From Dicyema japonicum (taxonomy: Eukaryota; Animalia; Dicyemida), in NCBI GenBank assembly GCA_011109175.1, contig RDEW01000013.1, positions 41,476 to 105,475 of the forward strand: a stretch of 64,000 nucleotides of DNA, written 5' to 3'. Position numbers and translations under genes: made by a program. The notes beneath the pieces were generated by a model, which had not been told where the DNA came from, ran no database searches, and saw only the letters and a list, made by a program, of their open reading frames with translations. This document shows, one piece after another, positions 51,293 to 61,499 of this stretch. Each line of letters starts with the position of its first letter. Position 1 is the stretch's first letter.

Positions 51293-54200
51293 ATGGAGGA
51301 GGATAGTCAGGTGGTGTAAATTTTTATATAGTAAATTAACCTTATTATTCCAACCAACAATATATTTAATACGTTTAGTCATTATTTAATAAAGCAAGGA
51401 AACGAATATCTGATTCTGGATGGCTGAGTAATATCATAAACTCCGTTAAAAGAAGAGAAACTCCACGTGACGAGGTTATCGTGTATTCATAATTTCACAG
51501 TCTCCTAATTTGCCAGATATCTCTTTAAATGAGGTCGAACCATGTAAACCTCCAAGATCTTACTTGCAAACTAGTCAAGTTGATGACAGTAACACATCCA
51601 CGTGCAAATCTAACGACTCCTATCGTAAGATTGGTTTTACCCACAGCAGATCATAGAGGAAGTCGTATTAAATACTTGGGAACAGTTAAACCCGACTTAT
51701 CCTCTCCAATTGGCGTCAACAGTCCGGTACTGAAGCCATTGGATAACAAATCTTTTTCATTTAAGGTAGATTTCATCATTTATTATACAATCTAGTACGA
51801 GAAGACTAATAAGGGAGGAAATTCCTTTGTTTCCACCGCAAATGCTAGAAAATTGTTAAGACTTCTTAATAAAATTCCAGTAATGTCGTAATTGTACTTA
51901 ATAGAATGACGATGGTCTCTTAAACGATTATTCCAACAGTCAAAAGGTTCATTATCCATGTTATGGTAGAGAGGATTCAACACACGTGATAGTGACTCTC
52001 AGAATATATCCCCTCGTGAAAATAAGCCTGCCAAGAGAGTTAGATTTGACCAGTCCCCCCAAACAGAGGTTGTCACTAATTTTGAACTGCAGGATGAACA
52101 AGTTCCTTATAAGAGACACACAGAGGATGGTCCCTCCAGATTCCTAACGGTTAGGACTGAGAGTGACCGTTCATTCAAAATTAAGAACAGATTGGAGAAT
52201 GATGGTTTTGTATTCACTAAACCAGCATCTGTGGTATGCTTATTTTAACATCGTAGAGCAATTGCAAGAAAATTATGAATGGTTTGTTTATCGAATAATT
52301 TAGATTCCACCAACATTCCCATTAAAATACCCGGTTTTTCATCTCCCACTACTCTTATCAATATGTCATTGGGGGTATCACTGTCGTTAATGTTTAGGAA
52401 TCTGATAATGTGGATGCTATTGCTACTGTTGATAATAATAAATTGGGGGATTTGATAGGACAGTGTGCCGTGTTTGAGAAGGAGTTGATTGACTCCAAGG
52501 ATTTATCTAAAATGAAGGAAATTGAGGACAAAATGAGAGTCATCATTGATAAATGCCGAGAGTTGTTGTCCAATGATTACTCTAAAATGGAAATTAAATG
52601 GATGGAGGGCATTTTACGGGAATGCTGCCTTAGAATTGAATTACTTGGATATCAGGATAATAATACTAGAATAGACACGTGTTCAAATGAGATCGTTAGT
52701 AAGAAAGGGTGGCCTGTTCAGGTATTATTGGTTAATTTACAAAGAAATGTGATAATACTATCAGTTGTCCATTATGTATGATAAGTGTCTCCAAAACAGA
52801 AATATGTTGTCCTGCCTGCGATACAAGTTATTAACAAATATAATAATAGAATTATGTCCTGTTAGTGATGATTTACAGTCAACCCCCTCAACATTACCTA
52901 ATCAGTCATATTCCCCGACCTTCACACCTAATACTTCATTTATTACACCTAATAAGGAAACGTTGCCTACTATCTCCTCATTTCCTAACATTACTGCAAA
53001 TACTTCATTTTCTACGGTTACGAATGAATTCCCTACAATCCCCTCCTTTCCTCAAAGTAGTATTAGTTCACCTTCAATACCTGTATTTACTGGGATTTCA
53101 TTGCCTACTATGCCTTCATTTCTTCAGAGCAATGTTAGCTCAACTTCCATTCCTGCATTTACTGGTAATACATTGCATACTATGCCTTCGTTTCCGCAGT
53201 CAAATCCTGTGTTTAGCTCAATTTCTACAGTTACGAATGAATTTCCTACTATGCCCTCATTTCCCAGAGTAATGTCAGTTTAACTTCGATGCCTACGTTT
53301 ACTGGGAATTCATTACATACTATGCCTTCATTTCCACAGAGCAGTGTCAGTTCAACTTCCATTCCTGCATTTACTGGGATTTCATTGCCTACTATACCTT
53401 CTTTCTCACAAACTGTTAATTCCTCTATTACTTCATTACCTTGTGTGTCCTCCTTACCTCAATCGGGTTTCAGTTTCTCATTTACTTCAATACCTTCCAA
53501 GGATTCATTACCTACAACTTCTATTACACAAACTAATAATTCTACGACTTATCCGTCATTTTCAAATGATTCATTACCAAATATGCCTGCTTTTCCACAA
53601 AGTCACAATCCTTCATCAATATCGATGCCTTCATTTTCAAACGATTCATTTTCTTCTTTGCCTTCTTTTCCAAAAGCCAATACATTGACCTCAATACCTT
53701 CTTTTTCAAAGGAATCATTACCTACAATACCTTCATTTCCGCAAACTAATATTAATTTATCTTCATTACCAGGATTTACAAAGGACTCATCATCTAATAT
53801 GTTCTCCTTCAGTGAAAATCCTGCATTGACTTCTTTACCCGTGTCCACAGGGAATCAATTATCTATTATGTCTCCTTTTATCTCGGGTAATGCTAATCCA
53901 ACATTCTCCACATTACCAGTATCCACAAAGTACTCTATACCAACCATGTCTTTTCCTCAAAGTAATGCCAGTTCATCCATATTCTCTCCTTCATTTATGA
54001 CGTCACAAACGTCCTTTGTTAATTCTCCTTTCACTAATACTAGTCAACCGAGTATTAATGAAAACCCATTCAGTTTTGTCTCCCAAAACCAATCAAACAC
54101 ATTCTCAAATATTCCCAATGCTATGAAACCAGAAGTTGCGGATACCCCCAGATTTGGATTATCTATGATTTCACAAAAAACATCTCCAAATATGTTCCAA

Positions 54201-54790
54201 CCTGATGTAAAAGAAGTTACTCAACCTTTTAAATTTGGCACATTTAATCCCCCAGCGACAAATTCAACGGAATTACAATCAAATAATTTTAATATGCCGA
54301 CATTTCCACCACCAACTTCTCTATTTGCCTCTAATAATAATCAAACGTTCAGTTTTGGTGGTATTAGTCAACCAAGTACACCCATTTTCAGTATTTTTTA
54401 TGTTAAATTGACAGGTGGGTTCCAAACACAGAATGACACGTCTAAGAGATCTCTGTCTGCATCAACTCCGAACCTATTTGGGTCAAATAATAGTATTTAT
54501 TGTATTAACTTAAAGATTTGATTGATGAAAGGACAAGTGGTGCTAGTTTTGGATCGTCCAATATGAGTAAGAGTAAATAATTATGATAGATAATCCTGGG
54601 TTTTCTAGTAATCAGACTCCCACGTTTGGAGGTGGTAATGCAGTTACGTTTGGGAATTCTCAAAATGTAGTGTTTTTGTTTATTTCAGAAAAATTCAATG
54701 TTTACAGGAAAGAACTCGAAAGATAGGTAATATTGTGTAAATGAATGTAGAATGCCGATTTTAAAGGCTGTACGTCGATTCAACAGATAA
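51293..54790 (+). CDS. NUP153: NUP153-like FG nucleoporin
   Basis: Spliced N-terminus includes SGWLSNI and STANARKLLRLLNK. One RanBP2-spaced zinc finger (52766-52819), S/T/P/F-rich repeats, FKFG/FSFGG/FG motifs and a basic C-terminus ILKAVRRFNR*. One 1-nt slip near 53265. Confidence 0.75.
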
Positions 54791-54949
54791 TTTAAAAACT
54801 GTTTGTCGATATTTTAATGTTAGATTGACACATAAAATTTCTAATTCTTTTATTTTAGTAACTTTAATGTATTTCGAGACAATCGGTGTTATGTTATCCT
54901 AATTAAGTCGTGTCCGACCCTTGGAGATCCATGAGCCAATTTTTCTTCA

Positions 54950-55630
54950 CGCTCCCCGATCCATCGCAATTTGGAGTAGCCTTATATAGGCATTCCCATG
55001 AAGTCTTCTACCGTGGATAGCCACCGAGTCCTCGGTCGACCAGGTCTATTCTTCCAGTAATCTTGCTCAGCATAATGGTTTTTTCCAGGGAATCAGAGCG
55101 AACAACATGCCCAAAGAACGCCAATCTGTGTTTTACGATTCTTCCTTCTAGCGAAATGTCCGTTTCCACCCGTTTGAATACATCGGTGTTTGTTATTTTG
55201 GAAGTCCAAGGGATTCTTAATAAACTCCTTCAGCACCAAATTTCAAAAGCATCATTTTTTCGTCTATCCGCTTTTTTCAGTATCCATGATTCTGCGCCGT
55301 ATAGAAAAACCGGGAACACGATTACATTAACCAGTCTGCATTGGTCCTTAAGCAAATATCTTTGCTTTTCCAAATTCTATTCATTCTCTGGAAGGTGTCT
55401 CGTCCCATGGCAATTCGCCTCTTGATTTCCAAGCTGCCGTCACTATTCCGATTAATTAGACATCCCAGAAAGACAAAATTATCGCAACTCTCTATTTTCC
55501 CATTCTCAATTTTTAGTTCCATTATTAGCAGTAGTCATAATTTTGGTCTTTTTGATATTTAGCAATAAAACAAAGACGGTGCTCTCTTCTCTGAATCTTA
55601 GAATTAACTCCCTGAGGCTATCCTCTGTTT
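54950..55630 (-). mobile_element. RTE/BovB-like RT 3' fragment
   Basis: FVFLGC, EIKRRIAMG, FPVFLYGAESW and LAFFGHVVR motifs. Confidence 0.85.
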
Positions 55631-56794
55631 CAGCCAGTAAGACAATCGATAGGGAAGGTAAATACTCCTTTTTGTTGTATGCTGTGTAATACAACAAACA
55701 TACCTAATCACACAATGCATACTGGGAGTAAACAATGCACGCAATCTGCGGTACCTGGGGGTCGACTATAAACACGCAGGAGATTACATGGAAAACATAA
55801 AAGAGAGAGGGTGACACTTACTTGATCATCTTCAAGGGAGTTATTCTCCTTAACCTAGGGATGCTTCTTCTCTTCGAAGAGTGAGATCTTATACTTCCTA
55901 GAGAAGATAAGGAGAGCTGCAATTAAGCTCTCTCTAAACAACTCTAAGCGAGGACTAAGACAAGCTGTTAGAACCGATTAGTAGGACTTTGGAGAATCTG
56001 ATAAACGGTTTCAAGAGGAAATCAAAGATCCAGGACATAAAACTGGGAGAAAAATTAAAAAAAAGGTCTAAGACTTATGTTATGACTCAGATGCAATACC
56101 GTTCAGAAAACTCCTAAAATTCTTAACAAAGACTGTTAATTAATTGTTATGTTGTTATGTATTATTTTTATAGCATTTATAAAATTTATAACGCAAATGA
56201 TCAATACGAATTATAAGATCATACAATTTAATATCCCAAAATATCACAAAAATTTGAACCCATTTTGATATCCCCTGGTATAGTTATTTGCAATTATTTT
56301 TTGCATTTCCTATCATCATAGTTAATTAAGTACTAAAGTTTAGTGAAAGATAGTTCGGATTATGAAATTTTGAAAGACGTCTGCAAAATAAAATTCCCCA
56401 ACTTCTTACGAGGCAAATAAAATATAAGCTACTTAAGAAAATTCATAATTATAGAATAATTTTTTTAACAATTAAACAAATGTCAGTTGAGGTAGCCTGC
56501 TGCGTGGATTGCGAACGAGTTCCTTCGGAGTATGGCCATTCCAATCTTTTGTCTTAGCCATAATCTCTACAATAATTAATGAAAGGTATTGTAAATTTGT
56601 TATTACAGTATGACCTCCATTTAGTGAAGAACTCTGGCTTGTGGAACCTCTATTTTTCAGGAAACTTTTGTTTTTGTGGTAGTTTGAAAATGTCATAATT
56701 TTTGTGCAGTATTTTCCAAATTTGGAAATTATCGGAACATTTAAGTGGGGCACTGGATTTTTAATTTATATACATATTTGCTATTAATATTAAT

Positions 56795-57240
56795 TATTAT
56801 TATTACTCCCAGGATCACTGGGTCAGAGAAATAAATAAAAGTTCTAATCTAAGTGATCCCAGACCGACAAAGGAGAGGACGAGTCCGGCGGGGTTGAGAA
56901 TCCTGAACAGGTCTTTTCATTGGACATGGCATCGGCTCAAAATTTCTGTATGATTGTAGATATTTCGATAGTGCATGGAATAGAGGGTAGCTCGGTAAAC
57001 TAGCCTTCCTTTAAGAGTTTCCGTTGTAATTCGATTAAGAAATTTTCAATAGGCTGGATTTTGTGGTCTGGTCCAATTAACAGTATTGCAGTCTTTTCGA
57101 TTGCGGATAGTATCAATGAGGAGGATCGTGAAATCTGCATTGCCCACGAAGGACTTGCATACGTCATCATGGGTCGGATAAATTGTTCATAAATCGTGGC
57201 AAGGTCTCTAAGTGTTTTTGAGAGCACTCCCAAAAATTCT
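56795..57240 (-). mobile_element. 3' fragment of the stem-loop-tailed LINE family
   Basis: IYEQFIRPMMTYASPSW, then a stem CTGGGATCACT/AGTGATCCTGG and a (TAA)n tail. Confidence 0.75.
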
Positions 57241-57339
57241 CATTTTCCTCAGAGCATAAGTTACTTTGTTCTCAACATGTCGGATAAAAATTAATTATAT
57301 AAAATTTTATTTTAAAGCTTCGTGTAATTTTTGCATTCT

Positions 57340-58260
57340 TGTGGTTATGGCTCTTTAGCTTAGTCTTGAGTTAAGGATTAAAATTGCTAAGGAAATAAGT
57401 GAAAATGAACATCCTACTGAACGAGATTTTGTAAATAAACACAAAATTAGTAAAGGTTGTTTAGTAATTTCAGTTTTTAGGCGCTGTGTCACGTATAAAA
57501 ATTATCTCAATTTTTTAATACTGGAGCTGTTCAAACAGATTTTCCAGAAAAAATTAATGCTCTCCTAATACTTTATCTAAAAAATTGGATAAAATCGTTT
57601 TAGAGACTTTTACCAAGACAAGGGAGAAATTCATTCCTGTGTCATGTCCCCTTTTAAAAAATATTGCTTCTAAACTAGCAAGGATGTTGAATTATTCGCC
57701 GTTTAAAGGGTCGAATGGCTGGTCGGAAAAATTTAAGAAAAGATATTAGTTGTCATTTAAGACATTTAGTGGAGAGAAAAACTCTTCCGGTGTTTCTTCG
57801 CTTGATATCTATTTTGCCAACTATGATGAATACGTAAAAGAAAATGGTCTGTATTAAAAGAAGCAAGGAAAAGGTCACGATTCATTTCTCAATCAGTGCT
57901 TATGGAGAAAATTAAATCTATTATTAGTAGGGAAATTTAAATCTCCATTCTGTATGAAAAACTTTAACCCTGAAGAGCATGGAGTTTTCTATTCACCCAA
58001 AAATATTTGGATGACATCAGAAATATTTATTACTTGGCTCACCATTACAAATGAACAAATGATTAAGCAAAAGAGAAAAATTGTTTTGTCACTTGATAAC
58101 TCAAGTTGTCACAGGAATATCCATCTTTCCACATTGAATTGTTTTTTCTTCCAAAAATGCAACCTCTTTAATTTAAACGTAACACATGAGTGTTATTAAA
58201 GCCTTTAAGTCTAATTATCTTAACACTTTAATGGATTTTACTCTTTATTTTTAAAAAAAT
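57340..58260 (+). mobile_element. Decayed Tigger/pogo transposase
   Basis: CENP-B HTH (FKGSNGWSEKFKKR..SGE) and DDE_1 (WMTSEIF..KIVLSLDNSSCH) motifs. Confidence 0.8.
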
Positions 58261-58499
58261 CTTTATTTTTTTTTATTTTTAAAAAAAGATCTTAAAACTC
58301 ACAATGAGGTCGAATTTTCATGTACTAAAGACTAAGACGAGGAAGAGCTATTTCAAGATCTTCTACCTATGTTTCTGTAGGGGCCATCAGAACCAAAAAT
58401 TGCATCAATTATAATATCGGCCATTGCATCAATGACAAATTTTTCTGGAATCCTTAAATGAAAAAGGAATTGAAGACCCGATATCTTTGATAATGTCTG

Positions 58500-58620
58500 T
58501 GTTCATCATTTACGGAAAATATCCATGTTCCATTACCCTTTACTCACCATTTCTCAATCCAATGGAGAATTTATTTAGCACGTGGAAAACAATTCGTTTC
58601 CAGAGGTGTTGAAAATGAGA
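58500..58620 (+). mobile_element. Tc1-like transposase fragment
   Basis: LYSPFLNPMENLFSTWK. Confidence 0.65.
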
Positions 58621-59151
58621 AAATTAAAAAAAAGTTTGTTTTTACCCTTAAAAATTTTCGCATCCCTTGAAAGTTTTAATTTCTTTTAGTTGTAGATTGA
58701 TATAAATCACCATGTTTTTAGGTCTTGTCCAAATGAAAAATTAAACACAAGTCGTCGTATGTACACAAGTTCTTGAATTTGCCCCTAACAGTTAAGGGGC
58801 AATTACTATACTTTGCAGCCATACTCCTCGTAAACCCAATATGAAGTATATACGTTATTTCTTGGCGGTTGTCCCTCACCGAATGGATCTTAACGGTCAT
58901 TGACGTAGGTTGGTTTTTTAATAATTTTAAGAGATTTTCATTTCTCAGACCACTTTATAATGAGTCTCCAAATGAAGTTTGTAAAAACTTAAGATCTTTA
59001 TTCTTTGAATTCGACAGTTGCTCAAAAATTCATACACAACTTAGTAATTTTCACTATTTTTTTATTTTCATCTACAAAATATAAACTACCTTTACTTGCA
59101 AATGCTTGTTTCTAAAATTAAAAAGTTCAGTATAAGAAAAGTACTTTAATA

Positions 59152-61490
59152 CAGTCAACCCTCGCAAATTGGCCATTTTTGGTTCCTTAGAATTTTGTGG
59201 CCAATTTGAAAAAAATAAAATAAATAATTTTGAAGAACAATAAACAAAGAATTTTTTTGTAAAATTGCATTAAATAATAAAAAACGTATTTAAAATTTAT
59301 TAAAATAAAATATAATTTGTAACTGTTTTTGTCTTTTCTTTAACAATACTTGCTTTGTACTTTCTTATTGACGAAGAGAACTTCATGTTCATTCTCAACA
59401 TTTGCTATGAGTTCCCTCTCTATTGAGTTGATCTAACTCAGGGGTGTCAAACATGCGGCCCTCAACAAGCATAAATGCGGCCCGTTTTAGTGATTTTTTA
59501 CATTTAATTAATATTTTAATAGTAATTGTAAATCTTGTTTATTAATGTCACGTGCTTATTCTGGAAATATAAAACTGTGTTCGAACAGAGAGTGATTCAA
59601 GATAAATGGGAACTTCTCTATTTTTGCACAACGGTTGATGGAAAAATAACTTGTAAAAAAGCAAAAATTATTTGTCCAGACAACGTCACTGTTTAAAGAT
59701 ATTTCATTAACCAGAAACACTGTTGTCTAACACATTAATGAAACATCTTTGAAACACCAATTGAAATCTGAATTGTTAAAATTTGACTATTTTTCAATTT
59801 CGATCAATGAAACAATCGACGTTGTTGGAATTGCACAATTAGCAATCTTGTTAGAGCCTGTGATTCAGATTTTAATATTTATGAAGAATTTCTCGAATTG
59901 GTACCAATGCTCGATGCTGCCACAAGTAAAGATATTTTTGTAAAACTACTACAAATTCTCCTTGACTATAGGTTTGATTAGAAGAAGCTTGTATGTTTTG
60001 ATGATATGCTGGTGTTACTGCCAAATTGCGAGCTGAAATAGAAAAGCTAAATCCCTGCTCATCATTTGTCACTTTCATTGTATTATTCAACAGCAAAATT
60101 TGTTCTCAAAAATTTAAAAAATGGAAAATACGATTAGATTGGCCACGAATAATGCCCTCAACTACCGTCAGTTAAGTAAACTGCTGATAGATATGAGTAA
60201 CCAGTTCAACGCCATTCCTTTTTATACTCCAGTTCGCTGTATTTCACAAAGTTTTTAAAAGATTTCATTTTTTGAGACCGGAAATAATTCTATTTATGGT
60301 ATGAGAGGCCAAAACACAGACGAAATGAAAGGCAGATGAAAGCTTACAATGGTACTATTGGAAATCCAGTCAGATTCTATTTTTAATTATTTGGAGGTTA
60401 GAATACCTGTTTTCTCTTCATATCTTCCTGGAAAGTTTAAAAACTTTAAAAAATCTAAGACAAAAATCATTCCTATGTATGGTTCGACATATGTGTCTGA
60501 ATAGCTTCTTCCATTAATGAAATTGCAAAAATGGTCAAAGAACAATACTCATGAAAATTTATCCGTTTTAAGTCTGAACTAAACGAATAGCTGAGCCCGA
60601 CATATCATAAATTCGTATTCAAAAAGAAAATTAAAGGATGGTGATTAAATATTTAAGTTTCTCTTATTTTTTGTTTTTCATTATAATAAATAAATATATT
60701 TTTAAAAAATAATATATCAGAACTAATCTTTTCTTGATGAGGTCATCGAAGCGAAATGAGTTTGACACTCCTTATCTAACTGGAATATCTATTTTGTCTA
60801 CAGGTTTTACTTTTTCTGATTCTTGTTCACTATTTTCTGAATCTTCTAAAGAATTTTCATTCTCCGTGTATTCAAAATTTCAAAAATCCTCAACTTTGAA
60901 AGATCGAAAATGTCTGTTCTTCTGATTGCTGTGTCATTAATATCAATTTCAATAATTTCGTTATTGAGGTAATCAAAACTCTGAAACAATTCCTGGTCGT
61001 CTCTTCGGATATGTCTTCCCAAGCAATTTTTGTAAAAACCCTTATTTTTAAAATTCAACTCTTGTAAGAATTGTATACCGAAACATTGTAAAAAGACGTC
61101 GTTTCCACAATTCTGTCAAATAGATTTGCCTGAGTCTGATTTAGTTACTCTTGAAAATTTTTATGATGCCAATATCCACGGATTAAAGTAAACTCGTACT
61201 ATTTTTGCATGGAACACTATTTTCAGAAAACCACCTAGATAATTGGTTTTTCATGTCTACCATTAGACTCTACTACATCCATTAATTCTACTAACTCCTC
61301 TTCAATCTTCGGGAACTACTGTATATGTGCAGCTTTAGGAGACGATTGATACTCTTAAAATCTTTCAAAATAGTGTCTTTCTTCAGTAAAAGATTAGTTG
61401 TTGTTCTCGATATCGCTTTTCGAAACAAATGCGAGAATCTATCAGATAATTGAATCCACGATATAGCATCATTTTCTTGTTTATAATTTA
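59152..61490 (-). mobile_element. Decayed pogo/Tigger-like element, interrupted by a hAT element
   Basis: TA+CAGTCAACCCTC TIR at 59152; minus-strand transposase-like remnants at 59300-59420 and 60730-61480. Confidence 0.5.
59439..60640 (+). mobile_element. hAT (SPIN/GTF2IRD2-like) transposon remnant
   Basis: TIR CAGGGGTGTCAAAC..GCGGCCC, then FQDKWELLYF, LSRNT and FSISINETIDV..AQLAI. Confidence 0.8.
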
Positions 61491-61499
61491 CAAAAAAAC

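Noticed and set aside
53255-53290. Frameshifts in NUP153-like (also DLG ~19020, GEF ~29490) as pseudogenisation or programmed frameshifting
   Set aside because: They are single-base slips, mostly in or near short runs, in genes that are otherwise intact with conserved splice sites, so consensus errors are more likely. Some TE frameshifts may therefore also be artefacts.
52865-53688. Leu/His-rich alternative-frame ORFs as overlapping genes
   Set aside because: They are the expected open shadow frames of Ser/Pro/Thr/Phe-rich repeats.
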